Assembly: GCA_963823035.1 (NCBI GenBank)
Contig: CAWGKG010000007.1
Location: forward strand, 160,001 to 224,000
Direction of reading: 5' to 3'
Length of the DNA stretch: 64,000 nucleotides
DNA from: an uncultured Gemmatimonadales bacterium
Lineage (GTDB): Bacteria > Gemmatimonadota > Gemmatimonadetes > Longimicrobiales > Gaopeijiaceae
This document shows positions 11,251-21,435 of this stretch, piece by piece. Made by a program: the position numbers and the translations under genes. The notes under the pieces are model-generated. The model was not told where the DNA came from, ran no database searches, and was given only the letters and a program-made list of their open reading frames with translations. The first letter of the stretch is position 1, and each line of letters starts with the position of its first letter.

Positions 11251-12482
11251 CCCCGGTCCATCCGCGCGCCGACGCGGTCCAGGATGGCCTCCGCCACCTG
11301 GTCCTTGGACTGCAGGGGAAGTACCTCCGGCTCGCCGTCCGCGGACAGCAGCGTGACGCGATTCGTGTCGACCTCGAAGCCCGCGCCCTCGGCCAGCGCG
11401 TCGTTGGCGACGATCAGGTCGAACGCCTTCGCCTCGAGCTTGCGCCCGGCGTGCGCGATCAGGTCCTCCGTCTCGAGCGCGAAGCCCACCACCACGCTCC
11501 CGGGCCTGCGAGCGTCCCGTGTGTCGCCGGCCACGTCCGGATTGGCGGTGAGCGTGAGGCTCAGCGCCTCGCCCTCCTCGCTGCGCTTGACCTTCCGTGC
11601 GCGCGCCTCGTCGGGACGGAAGTCGGCCACGGCGGCCGCGAAGACGGACGCGTCCGCCTCGCCCAGCCTGGCCGCGACGGCGTGCATCATCTCGACCGCC
11701 GTCTCGACGCGCACCACCTCGACGCCCTCCGGATCGGGAAGGGCGCTCGGGCCGCTCACGAGCACGACGCGCGCGCCCCTGCGCCACGCCGCCTGGGCGA
11801 TCGCGTAGCCCATGCGTCCGGACGAGCGGTTGCCCACGTAGCGGACCGGATCGATCGGCTCGCGCGTCGGGCCCGCGGTGATCAGCACGGTGCGGCCCTC
11901 GAAGGCCACTTCCCGTCCCAGCGCGCGCCCGATGTGCTCCTCGATCTGCCACGGCTCGAGCATGCGCCCCGGGCCTCCGCCCTCGCCGACCGCGAGCGGC
12001 CCGTCGGCGGGGCCCGCGATCCGGTAGCCGATGGCATCGCGCAGGTGTTCGAGGTTCGCCTGCACCTGCGGGTGCGCGAACATCTGGTCGTTCATGGCCG
12101 GACAGACCACCACCGGCGCACGCGTGGCGAGGAGGGTCGTGCACAGCAGGTCGTTCGCCCTTCCGTGCGCGGCACGCGCGATGAAGTCCGCGGTGGCGGG
12201 TGCCACGCAGACCACGTCGGCGTCACGTCCCAGGCGGATGTGCAGGGCCGCGCCTTCCGAGTCGAACATGTCCCACAGGGCCCGCCGGCCCGTGACCCCC
12301 TGGAACGAGAGGGGCGCGACGAAGCGCTGCGCCGAAGCCGTCAGCACCACGTCGACCACGGCACCCAGGAGGGTCAGGTCGCGGGCGACCTGCACCGACT
12401 TGTACGCGGCGATCCCCCCGGTGACGCCGAGCACGACGCGCCGCCCGACCCACGGTCGGCGCGGCTCGAGCAAGCCGGTCAC
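11247..12482 (-). CDS. coaBC: Bifunctional phosphopantothenoylcysteine decarboxylase/synthetase
   Basis: LGVTGGIAAYK, APATAD, PAMN, TAGPTREPIDPVRYVGNRSSGRMG, AAVADF, VGFALET. Confidence 0.96.
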   Translation of the reverse strand: MTGLLEPRRPWVGRRVVLGVTGGIAAYKSVQVARDLTLLGAVVDVVLTASAQRFVAPLSFQGVTGRRALWDMFDSEGAALHIRLGRDADVVCVAPATADFIARAAHGRANDLLCTTLLATRAPVVVCPAMNDQMFAHPQVQANLEHLRDAIGYRIAGPADGPLAVGEGGGPGRMLEPWQIEEHIGRALGREVAFEGRTVLITAGPTREPIDPVRYVGNRSSGRMGYAIAQAAWRRGARVVLVSGPSALPDPEGVEVVRVETAVEMMHAVAARLGEADASVFAAAVADFRPDEARARKVKRSEEGEALSLTLTANPDVAGDTRDARRPGSVVVGFALETEDLIAHAGRKLEAKAFDLIVANDALAEGAGFEVDTNRVTLLSADGEPEVLPLQSKDQVAEAILDRVGARMDRG

Positions 12483-12507
12483 GACGAGTCCCCCGCCCTC
12501 TGGTCCT

Positions 12508-12723
12508 CTAGTCCTCGCGGCGCCGCTTCTTGACGAGGCGAAACTCGATGTTGCCGGAGGTCAGAGCCTCCAGCGAGCGCGTCGTGAGCTTCTTCTCCTC
12601 GCCGATCGGCATCGCGTCACGGGGAAGCGAGTTGAGCTCGCGCGCGTACTTCGCGGCCACCAGGACGCCGAGGTACTTGCTCTCGGTGCCCTTGGCCACC
12701 TCCATGGGTGTGAACACTCGCAT
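12508..12723 (-). CDS. rpoZ: RNA polymerase omega subunit
   Basis: MRVFTP...SKYLGVLVAAKYAREL...KLTTRSLEAL; GGAG RBS; canonical gmk-rpoZ-coaBC order. Confidence 0.85.
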   Translation of the reverse strand: MRVFTPMEVAKGTESKYLGVLVAAKYARELNSLPRDAMPIGEEKKLTTRSLEALTSGNIEFRLVKKRRRED

Positions 12724-12733
12724 GGTCGTTCTC

Positions 12734-13403
12734 CTATCCGCTGATGTTGGCGTATTCGTCCTGCAGGATGCGCGCGATCTCGGAGCGCATCGCTTCCACG
12801 TCCTTCCCCAGCGCCCTCGCCCGCGCCGTCCTGCGCGACTCGGCGCGCACGATGCCCCGGATCTCCGCGAGGCACTTCTCCAGGTCGTCGTTGACGACCA
12901 CGTGATCGAACTCCGGTACCGCACGCAGCTCCTCGAGCGCCGTGCGCAGCCTGCGCGCCACCTGCTCGCCGCTCTCGGTCCCGCGCCCGGTCAGCCGTTT
13001 CACCAGCGCGCGCACCGAGGGAGGCATGACGAACACCAGGAGGGCATCGGGCACGGATCGCCGGATCTGCCTCGCCCCCTGGACGTCGATGTCGAGCACC
13101 ACGTGCTCCCCGTGCTCCGCCGCGTCTCTCCAGCTCGCTGCGCGGGGTTCCGTACGCCTCCCCGTGCACCTCCGCCCATTCGGCCAGCTCGCCCGCCGCC
13201 ACCATCTCCTCGAAGCGCGCGCGACCCACGAAGTGGTAGTCCACCCCGTCCTGCTCCCCCCGGCGCGGCGACCTCGTCGTCGCGGACACCGAGAAGCAAT
13301 AACCGTCGGAGCGCTTCACCAGCGCGCGGGCCAGCGTGGTCTTCCCCGTGCCGCTGGGCGCGGCGAGCACGACGGGGAACGGCCGGTAGCCCAGGGCGAT
13401 CAC
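12734..13403 (-). CDS. gmk: Guanylate kinase (apparent frameshift near 13130)
   Basis: LAAPSGTGKTT, SATTRSPRRGEQDGVDYHF, EWAEVHGEAYGT; LDIDVQGARQI, FVMPPS, VNDDL in the next frame. Confidence 0.93.
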
Positions 13404-14288
13404 TCGATGTTCTCCACCTGCTCCCGCAAGCGCTCGATCTCCTCCTTGAGGGCCATGGACGCCTCCGTGATCTCCTGGTCGTTGGCCTTCGACCCGATCG
13501 TGTTGGCCTCGCGGTGCATCTCCTGCACGAGGAAGCCGAGGCGCTTGCCCACCGGCTCGGCGCTGTCCGTGTCGAGCGCCTCCCGGAAGAGGGAGATGTG
13601 CGACCGGAACCGCACGATCTCCTCGTTGATGTCCCACCGCTCCGCGAGGTACGCGATCTCGCGCGCAAGACGATCTTCGTCGACTTCGACCTGCTCGGTC
13701 AAATCGCGGATCGCCCCGCGCAGGCGCTCACGTTCGCGCACGATGCGCTCCGGCGCTCGGGCAGCCACGGCGTCCACATGGGCGGCCATGGCCTCGAGCC
13801 GCCCCGCGAGGTCGTCGTGCAAACGAGCCCCCTCGGCCTCGCGCAGGGCGACCACGCCCCGAATGGCCTCCTCCGCCATCGCCTTCAGCACCTCGACGTC
13901 CACGGTAGGTGTCGCCTCGGACTCCGGGGCACGGAAGATGTCCCCGAAGCGGGCCAGCATCCCCAGGTCGACCGCTCCCGGGATCGCGAGCTCCTTCTGG
14001 ACGGCCTCCAGGGCCTCCTTGTAGCCGCGAGCGCGATCGAGGTCGACACGCACGCCCCCCACGGCCTCGGCGCCGCGGCGGTCGATCGACAGGGACGCGG
14101 CCGACGTGGCCGCGCGAGACGTGCGCCCGGAACACCTCGGTGAGGTCCCGCTCGACGCGGTCGAAGCCCGACGGCGTCTTGACGTTCGCGTTGAAGAAGC
14201 GGTGGTTGACCGTCTTCACCTCGAGCCTGAGGCGGCCGACGGGGTCGTCCCGCTCGGCCTCCCCGTACCCGGTCATGCTCCGGATCAT
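13400..14288 (-). CDS. yicC: YicC/YloC family endoribonuclease (apparent frameshift near 14095)
   Basis: MIRSMTGYG...EVKTVNHRF; DINEEIVRF, GKRLGFLVQEMHREANTIGSK, EQVENIE. Confidence 0.93.
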
Positions 14289-14395
14289 CCCGGCTCCACG
14301 CCGTGGGGGTCTTCGCGCCGTCTCCGGCAGAGCCTGGTAACATAATGGCTGGCGGCGCCGGGTCGAAGGATGGCCCGACGCGGCCGGATGGTCTG

Positions 14396-16318
14396 TCAGT
14401 TCCACATGGTCCAGCGGATGCCGTAGAACGCCCGCGTGATCGGAAGCAGGCGGTCCGGGAAATCCTGCAGGTCGCGGCGGACGGTGAAGTTGTCCCATCC
14501 CATGAAGATGCGGACGGTCACGATCCGGAGTTGGAGGCGCGCGTACCAGTTCTGGTAGAAGGGCACCTGGCCGTACACCGTTCCCCCCTCGCCCGAACCG
14601 TCGTCGACCAGCTGGCGCGTGGTCATCTCGTCGCGGCCGACCACGCCCATGGTGAGCCACATCTCGAAGTTCTCCGACTCGAGGAAGGTGCGGTGGTAGA
14701 CCGCAGCGCCTCGGTAGATGCGCGCGGGCATGTACGACCAGGGCCGCGCCCATTCCTGATACGAGCCTTCGACGTGCAGCCCCCGCAGGATGGGAAGGGG
14801 CAGACTGCCCGTGGCCTCCCACCCCTGGTGGCCCACCCCCGCGGCGATCGCGGGCTCGCCCCGGTCCGGCAGGATCCCCACCGGGAGGAGCGAATCCGCG
14901 TCCAGCCAGAGACGCGCCCCGGACAGCGTGATCCCCCAGAGCGACCACTGGACGCCGTAGCGCGTCGCCGTGCGCTCCGTGGTCCGGAAAGCCGGGGGAG
15001 GCGGCTCCGCGACCGGCGGCTCCACGGAGTCCGCCGCGGCGGCCGGGAGCGTCATGTTCCCCAGCGGGAAGGTGCGAGCCCCATACGTCCCGGAGCCCCA
15101 CGAGCCGAAGGCCGAGAAGCCGAGAAGAGGCCGCGTCCATCCCCGCACGTGCCGGGCCATCACGGTCTCGCCCCCCCAGGTCGCCCGGTCGAGGTCCGCC
15201 ACGAAGCCTCCCACGAGGGGGAGGTCGGCGCCGACCGACACGTCGATCCGGTCCGAAGGCAGCCCGTCGTCGCCACCGAAATGCCGGTAGGCGGCGTCGG
15301 CGAACACGCCCTTCACTTCCCACGCCGCGCGCACGCCGAGCTGCGAGCGGCGCCCGCCCTCGGTAGCGAAGGCCGTGTCGTCGACCTCGTGGCTGGAGCG
15401 GCCCCAGAAGGCCTCCGCCGTGAGTCCGCCGGGGACGCGCACCCTACCCCGCACGGTGAGGTCCGAGCGCGTCGCGTTGGCGAAGTACGGATTCGCCTGG
15501 GTCTGGCTCGCCATGCGCCGGTAGTCGACCGCGATGCCCGCCGCGTCCCCCCGGTGGAGCTGATAGCGCAACCAGGTACCCTGCACATAGCCCTGCTCGT
15601 TGCCGCGCGCCCCCCGCGAGTCGGCCCGTTCGAGCGCGAGCGCGATGTCGCCGCCCAGCGCGGTGGGGTTGGCGAACATTCCACGCAGGAGGTTGGTGTT
15701 CAGATCGCCCGTACCGGCCTCGACGAGCGAGTAGGCCCGTCCGTCCTCGAAGGCGAAGCTGTCGACGTAGATGCGGATCTCGTCCGGGAGGCGCTCCAAT
15801 CGGACACCGGTGACGCCGCCGAGCCCGACGCGGGAGAGGTCGACGCTGCCGCCGGCCAGCGGCACGAGCTCGAAGCCGTCCCGGAACACACGGATCCTCC
15901 CCGCACCGAGGCCGAACGCGGTGACGGTCTGCGGCGTGCCGTAGTCGCCGGTACGCAGCGCGACCATCCCCGGGACCTTCTCGAGGAGATCGACGAGGGT
16001 GGCCGCCCCCGACGCGAGGATCTCGTCGTGGTTCCAGCTCCACGCGCCGCTCTCCCACCCGTTGGCCGGCCGGTGGTCCATCGTGGGCAGGTTGTAGAAG
16101 ATCGTGTCCGCCTCGGCGCTGTCTCCCGGCGGCAACGAGTCGGGCATCGGGCGGATGGGCGGCGGGACGGTGTCGGTGCGCAGCGTGTCCGCGCGCAGGG
16201 AGTCCGGCCGCGCCTGCGCCGCGAGGTGCCCCGGCCCACCGAAGAGGAGGGCCGCGAGCAGCAGACGGGATGGAGCGGCCGCGGCGCGAAGCCGGCGCGG
16301 CGGGTGCGGGAAAGGCAC
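14396..16318 (-). CDS. TonB-dependent receptor-like outer-membrane protein (plug domain + beta-barrel)
   Basis: Signal peptide, plug-like TLVDLLEKVPGM...IRVFRDGFEL, amphipathic beta strands, C-terminal YGIRWTMWN; start uncertain. Confidence 0.7.
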   Translation of the reverse strand: MPFPHPPRRLRAAAAPSRLLLAALLFGGPGHLAAQARPDSLRADTLRTDTVPPPIRPMPDSLPPGDSAEADTIFYNLPTMDHRPANGWESGAWSWNHDEILASGAATLVDLLEKVPGMVALRTGDYGTPQTVTAFGLGAGRIRVFRDGFELVPLAGGSVDLSRVGLGGVTGVRLERLPDEIRIYVDSFAFEDGRAYSLVEAGTGDLNTNLLRGMFANPTALGGDIALALERADSRGARGNEQGYVQGTWLRYQLHRGDAAGIAVDYRRMASQTQANPYFANATRSDLTVRGRVRVPGGLTAEAFWGRSSHEVDDTAFATEGGRRSQLGVRAAWEVKGVFADAAYRHFGGDDGLPSDRIDVSVGADLPLVGGFVADLDRATWGGETVMARHVRGWTRPLLGFSAFGSWGSGTYGARTFPLGNMTLPAAAADSVEPPVAEPPPPAFRTTERTATRYGVQWSLWGITLSGARLWLDADSLLPVGILPDRGEPAIAAGVGHQGWEATGSLPLPILRGLHVEGSYQEWARPWSYMPARIYRGAAVYHRTFLESENFEMWLTMGVVGRDEMTTRQLVDDGSGEGGTVYGQVPFYQNWYARLQLRIVTVRIFMGWDNFTVRRDLQDFPDRLLPITRAFYGIRWTMWN

Positions 16319-16320
16319 GA

Positions 16321-17814
16321 TCAGGCGACGCGGCTCCTGATCCACTCCGTCAGCAGCCGGGTGGGAAAGCCGTATCCCCCCTTGCGCTGGTACGGCAGCT
16401 TGCCGTCGCCGTAGGCCGTGCCCGCGATGTCGAGATGCGCCCAACGAGTGTCTCCGACGAACTCCGAGAGGAAGCACGCGGCCGTGATCGAGCCGGCGGG
16501 ACGACCCCCGACGTTCATCAGATCGGCGGTCTCACTCTCCAGTTGCTTCTTGTACTCGTCCCAGAGAGGAAGGGGCCAGCAACGCTCTCCCGACCGGGTG
16601 CCGGCCCCGCGCAGCTCGTCGATCAGGGGGTCGTCGTTGCCGATCACGGCGGCCGCGTGGTAGCCGAGGCCGATCACCACGGCGCCGGTCAGCGTCGCGC
16701 AGTCGACCATCGCGGCAGGGTTCATCCTCGCTCCCCAGGCAAGCGCGTCCGCGAGGATCAGGCGCCCCTCCGCATCGGTGTTGATCACCTCGACGGTCTT
16801 GCCCGCGAGCGTCTGGATCACGTCACCCGGCTTGACGGCGCTCCCCGACGGGAGGTTCTCCGAGGAGGGCACGATCCCCACGACGTTCGCCGGGACGCCC
16901 AGCTCGGCCACCACCTGCATGGTGGCGATCACCGCCGCGCCTCCGGACATGTCGTACTTCATGTCCTCCATCCCGGAGGCCGGCTTGATCGAGATGCCCC
17001 CGGCGTCGAAGGTGAGCCCCTTCCCCACCAGCACCAGGGGCGCGTCGCCGTCCGCGCCGCCGCGGTGCTCGAGGACGATGAGGCGCGCCTCCTCCGTCGA
17101 GCCGGCGGAGACGGCGAGGATGGCGTGCATCCCCTCGCGCCGCATCGCTTCCTCGTCCAGGAAGGAGAACTTCAGGCCCACCTCGGACGCCATCCGTTCG
17201 GCTTCGGCGCTGAGGTGCGACGGGGTCGCCACGTTGCCGGGGCGAGCCTGTAGCGTGCGGGCGAAGTTCTCGCCGCGCCCCACGATCTCCCCGACGCGCG
17301 TGCCCTCCGCGAGCACCGCGGCGTCGCCCTCGCCGAAGAGGTCGGCACGGCCGACCGCCTTCCCCCGGTCGTCCTCGTCGGGACGCTTCAGCTCCGTGAA
17401 GCGCCACGCCGCGAGCGCGGCTCCCTCCGCGGCGGCCTGCGCCCGCGCGGCTTCCGTGGTGGGACCCACGGCGTCGAGCCAGAGGGAGAGGGCGTCCAGC
17501 CCGAGCCGCTCCGCGAGGCGCACGCCACGCCCGGCGAGCCGGCGCACCTGTTCGGCGTCGAACGCGTCGGCCTTCCCGATGCCGAGCAGGGCCACGCGGT
17601 TCGGCCCGCCGTCCTCGCCCCCGAAGAGCACGACCTCGTCCTTCGCCTTTCCCCGCACGTCGCCCGAGCGGAGCGCGCGGCCGACCGCGCCGGCGAGCCG
17701 CTCGTCGAGGCGCGCGAGAAATCCCCGAGGGGCCGTGACGCCCTCGGGCACACCGACGACGAGAAGCGGCGCGTCGTGGGCGAGGGGGTCGGAGTCCTGG
17801 AAACGGACCTGCAT
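16321..17814 (-). CDS. pepA: Leucyl aminopeptidase (M17)
   Basis: LVGKGLTFDAGGISIK, MKYDMSG, NTDAEGRLILADAL, ATLTGA, WAHLDIAGT. Confidence 0.96.
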   Translation of the reverse strand: MQVRFQDSDPLAHDAPLLVVGVPEGVTAPRGFLARLDERLAGAVGRALRSGDVRGKAKDEVVLFGGEDGGPNRVALLGIGKADAFDAEQVRRLAGRGVRLAERLGLDALSLWLDAVGPTTEAARAQAAAEGAALAAWRFTELKRPDEDDRGKAVGRADLFGEGDAAVLAEGTRVGEIVGRGENFARTLQARPGNVATPSHLSAEAERMASEVGLKFSFLDEEAMRREGMHAILAVSAGSTEEARLIVLEHRGGADGDAPLVLVGKGLTFDAGGISIKPASGMEDMKYDMSGGAAVIATMQVVAELGVPANVVGIVPSSENLPSGSAVKPGDVIQTLAGKTVEVINTDAEGRLILADALAWGARMNPAAMVDCATLTGAVVIGLGYHAAAVIGNDDPLIDELRGAGTRSGERCWPLPLWDEYKKQLESETADLMNVGGRPAGSITAACFLSEFVGDTRWAHLDIAGTAYGDGKLPYQRKGGYGFPTRLLTEWIRSRVA

Positions 17815-17987
17815 GGCGGGCTCGGGGGTTCGGAGGGGGGTGGGCGCGCTCGCGTGCGACCCACGCGTCATGTCGACCGGGCCGTGCGAAGCGGCCAGGA
17901 GCTCGTCGCGCTGCCCTGGCCCAAGGCGAGGGAAAGCGCCGAAGAGCCCGGAAGTTATTCGGATTTCGAGGAAAGGGGCAAGCGCCG

Positions 17988-18689
17988 ATGAGCACGAACG
18001 TGGCGGTGGTGACCGGAGGGGCGGGAGGGCTGGGCGGAGCCGTGGTGGAGGCCCTGCTCGGCGACGGGTGGCGCGTCTGGGTGCCGTGGCGCGCCGAGGG
18101 CGAGGACGCTCGCCTGAAGGAGCGCATCGGAGACGCGGACGGACTCCGCCTCCGTCAGGTGGACCTCGTCGACCCCGCCGCGGTGGAGGCGCTCTTCGCG
18201 GCGGTGCGCGACGGCGACGGCCGGCTCGACCTCCTGTGCAACCTCGTGGGCGGCTTCGCGATGGCTCCGGTCGACGAGACCGACCCCGCGACCTGGCGGC
18301 GCATGTGGGAGACCAACGCCACCGCCCCCTTCCTGGCCGTGCGGGCCGCCGTGCCGCTCCTGCGCGCCTCGGGGGGAGGACGGATCGTCAACGTGGCCGC
18401 GGCCGCCGCGCTGGGCGGGCCGATCGGCGGGATGAGCGCCTATCTGGCCGCCAAGTCCGGCGTGGTGAGCTTGACCCGCAACCTCGCGAAGGAGCTGGGC
18501 CCAGCCGGGATCACCGTGAACGCCGTCGCGCCCACCACGATCGACACGCCGGCGAACCGGCGCGCGAACCCCGACGCCGATCGGACCACGTGGCTCCGTC
18601 CGGAGGAGATCGCCACGGTGATCCACTTCCTCGCCGGTCCGGGAGCGGCGGTCGTGTCGGGCAACGTGGTGGAGCTCAGGAAGGGCTGA
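17988..18689 (+). CDS. SDR family oxidoreductase
   Basis: VTGGAGGLG, YLAAKSG, ITVNAVAPTTIDT. Confidence 0.92.
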   Translation: MSTNVAVVTGGAGGLGGAVVEALLGDGWRVWVPWRAEGEDARLKERIGDADGLRLRQVDLVDPAAVEALFAAVRDGDGRLDLLCNLVGGFAMAPVDETDPATWRRMWETNATAPFLAVRAAVPLLRASGGGRIVNVAAAAALGGPIGGMSAYLAAKSGVVSLTRNLAKELGPAGITVNAVAPTTIDTPANRRANPDADRTTWLRPEEIATVIHFLAGPGAAVVSGNVVELRKG

Positions 18690-19623
18690 GGAGCGCCCGG
18701 CGCATGCGCCGGATCGTGTCCGGACCCGTGCGGCAGCAACCGCCCAGCACCGCCGCCCCCAGCGCCCGCCACCCGGGGGCGGCCGCCGCAGGGTCGTCGG
18801 CCGCCGCACCCGCCCTCCACACCCTGGCGCCCGCGTCGTAGACCTCCCCGGAGTTCGGATAGGCCGCGAGGGGCTTCGCGGTCGCCGAGCGCGCGCGATC
18901 GAGGAGCGCCGGAACGCGCGACGGCGGCACGCAGTTCACCCCCACCGCGGCGACGCGCTCGGCCGCGTCGCAGAGCCGAACCGCGTCCTCCAGCGGCGTC
19001 CCGTCGGCGAGGTGGGCCTCGTCACGGCACTGGAAGGAGATCCACGCCCAGCGGTCCGGCGTCTCCGCGAGGAGGCACAGCAGCGCGCGCGTCTCCGCCA
19101 GGGACGGGATCGTCTCGCAGGCGAGGAGGTCGGCCGGCGAGGCGGCGAGGAGTCGCCAACGTCGACGGTGGAAACCGACGAGCGCCTCCTCGTCGAGATC
19201 GTACGCACCGGTGTACTCCGAGCCATCCGCGAGGTAGGCCCCGTAGGGCCCCACGCTGGCGGCGACGAGGGGCTCCAGACGTTCCGCACGTCGCGCCGGG
19301 TCCCGCCAGAAGGCGTCCCGGGCCTCCACGGCCAGGGCCACCGCCCTGCGGAACGCCTGCTCGGCCTGCGTGTCGGACAGGCCCCGCGCCGTGAAGCCCT
19401 CGAACGTCGCCTGGTAGGTGACCGTGGCGATGCAGTCCGCACCGGCCTCCAGGTAGCTCCGATGGACGGCGCGCACCACCTCGGGCGCGTCGAGGAGGAC
19501 CCTGGCCGACCAGAGGGGGTCGTCGAGGCCCTCCCCGCGCGCCTCGAGCGCGGTCGCGAGGCCCCCGTCGAGGACCACCACCCCCTGGGCGCGGAGGAAC
19601 GGAGCGAAGGGATCGGCGACCAT
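18676..19623 (-). CDS. mmuM: Homocysteine S-methyltransferase
   Basis: VLDGGLAT, LWSA, ASVGPYGAYLADGSEY, LLACETIPS, GVNC, YPNSGE, GGCCRTGP. Confidence 0.92.
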   Translation of the reverse strand: MVADPFAPFLRAQGVVVLDGGLATALEARGEGLDDPLWSARVLLDAPEVVRAVHRSYLEAGADCIATVTYQATFEGFTARGLSDTQAEQAFRRAVALAVEARDAFWRDPARRAERLEPLVAASVGPYGAYLADGSEYTGAYDLDEEALVGFHRRRWRLLAASPADLLACETIPSLAETRALLCLLAETPDRWAWISFQCRDEAHLADGTPLEDAVRLCDAAERVAAVGVNCVPPSRVPALLDRARSATAKPLAAYPNSGEVYDAGARVWRAGAAADDPAAAAPGWRALGAAVLGGCCRTGPDTIRRMRRALLSPS

Positions 19624-19785
19624 GCCGAACGCTCACACCGGCTTCCCCTGCTGGCAACGTTTGCAGGGCGCGGGCCGGCGTTGCCGCCCGCGGGGGCCGG
19701 AAAAGCGCGTCACGGCGGGATCTTCGGCCAGGCACGCCCCTTGCGCCTCATGGGGGTTCCCCCAAGGGAGGGGCGCGACGCACCC

Positions 19786-21435
19786 ATGGGCGTTCCCGAC
19801 ACGCGAAACGACCCGCCGCTGCATCCGGCCCGGGAGCGGGCCCTGGAAGGGCTCTTCCTCGGCAGTCCTCTCCCCATCCTCCTCGTCGACGCGCGCTCCC
19901 GGACGATCGCGCGGGCAAACACGGCGCTCGGAACGCTGCTCGGGTGGCCGGGTGAGGCCCTCGCGGGGCGGCCGCTGTCCACCCTGGACCCGGCGGAGGG
20001 CGGCGAGATCGCAGAGTATCTTCTGCTGGCCCTGGCGTGCAGGGACTCGAGCCCTCGTACGCGTTCGTGGCGAACGCGCTCGGGCGAGGACGTCCCGGTC
20101 GAGATCCGCGCCGTACGGCTGCACGGGGACCAGGGCACGCTCCTGGCGCTCTACGCGCGCGACCTCCGGGAGGAGGAGCGCGCGCACGGTGAGCGAGAGG
20201 CCCTGCAGTCGCAGCTGTGGAAGGCCCAGAAGCACGAGGCCGTCGGCCGCCTGGTGGCCGGGATCGCCCACGGGTTCAACGAGCTCCTTGCGACCGTCGT
20301 GCTGGGCGCGGAGGCGGTGCGCGAGCGGGCGGAGGACGCCCGGTCGCGGGTCGACCTCGACGGAATCGCCGAAGCCGCCTTGCGCGCTCGCGATCTGACC
20401 CGGGATCTGGTGGCGTTCACCGCACGCGAGCCGCAGGAGGCGGCACCGATCCGACTCGACGACCTCCTGCTCGAGACGCACGGCCTTCTTCGTCACGCGC
20501 TGCCCGGCGACATCCGCCTGGTGCTGCGCCCCTGTCGCGGCAACACCGTCGTGCGCGCCGATCCCGGGCAGGTGCAGCAGATCCTCGTCAACCTGATGGT
20601 CAACGCACGCGAGGCCATGCCGGGAGGCGGCTACCTGGTGGTGGCCACGCGGGAGGTCGAGCTGGACGAGGCGTCCGGCGAAGACCACCCCTCCCTGCGG
20701 AGTGGGCCGTACGTCCTCCTCAGCGTGACCGACACGGGCGAAGGGATGGACGAAGACACCTGCGCGCGGCTCTTCGAGCCCTTCTTCAGCACCCACGAGG
20801 AAGGCGGGACGCGCGGCCTGGGCCTCGCCACCGTGCGAGGGATCGCGCGGCGATGCGGAGGAGACGTGGGCGTGACCACCCAGGCCGGCGTCGGGACCAC
20901 GCTCCAGGTATACCTCCCCCGCCTCGGGACGGAGGCGGGGGCGCCCGTACCCACGCGGCCGGCTCGGGGCGATCCGATCCCACGAGGGACGGAGCACATC
21001 CTCCTGGTCGAAGACGACGAGGCGGTCCGCGGGGGAACCGCCAAGGCGCTCCGCAGGCTCGGATACCACGTCACCGTGGCCGCGGGGCCCGAGGAGGCCC
21101 TCCGCATCCACGAGGAGCTGTGGCCCGACCGCGGCCCCCATCCGATCGACCTCCTGGTCACCGACGTCGTGATGCCCGACATGACGGGGCCGGAGATGGT
21201 GCGCCGGCTACGGTCGAAGCGCGAGGATCTGCCCGTCCTGTACGTGTCCGGCTATCTCGGTCCGGAGCACCGGAGGCGCCCCGACCCCATGGGCACGATC
21301 GGCCACCTCGCCAAGCCGTTCACGCTCACGGAGCTGGGGGAGAGTGTGCGGAGCTTCCTGGAGCGTCTGGCCGATCCTCCGCCCGAGCCGTCGGATCTTC
21401 CGGCGGACAACACCCCCGGGTCGTCTCCTCCATGA
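19786..21435 (+). CDS. PAS-domain hybrid sensor histidine kinase/receiver
   Basis: PAS region, GRLVAGIAHGFNEL, NLMVNAREAM, DTGEGMD, FEPFFST, receiver LLVED...LLVTDVVMP...KPF; start could be 19750. Confidence 0.9.
   Translation: MGVPDTRNDPPLHPARERALEGLFLGSPLPILLVDARSRTIARANTALGTLLGWPGEALAGRPLSTLDPAEGGEIAEYLLLALACRDSSPRTRSWRTRSGEDVPVEIRAVRLHGDQGTLLALYARDLREEERAHGEREALQSQLWKAQKHEAVGRLVAGIAHGFNELLATVVLGAEAVRERAEDARSRVDLDGIAEAALRARDLTRDLVAFTAREPQEAAPIRLDDLLLETHGLLRHALPGDIRLVLRPCRGNTVVRADPGQVQQILVNLMVNAREAMPGGGYLVVATREVELDEASGEDHPSLRSGPYVLLSVTDTGEGMDEDTCARLFEPFFSTHEEGGTRGLGLATVRGIARRCGGDVGVTTQAGVGTTLQVYLPRLGTEAGAPVPTRPARGDPIPRGTEHILLVEDDEAVRGGTAKALRRLGYHVTVAAGPEEALRIHEELWPDRGPHPIDLLVTDVVMPDMTGPEMVRRLRSKREDLPVLYVSGYLGPEHRRRPDPMGTIGHLAKPFTLTELGESVRSFLERLADPPPEPSDLPADNTPGSSPP

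Noticed and set aside
21326..21435. About 110-bp convergent overlap between the hybrid kinase and the carboxylate-amine ligase
   Set aside because: Both tails are low-complexity and the ligase end may be displaced by an indel, so this is not evidence of a functional overlap.
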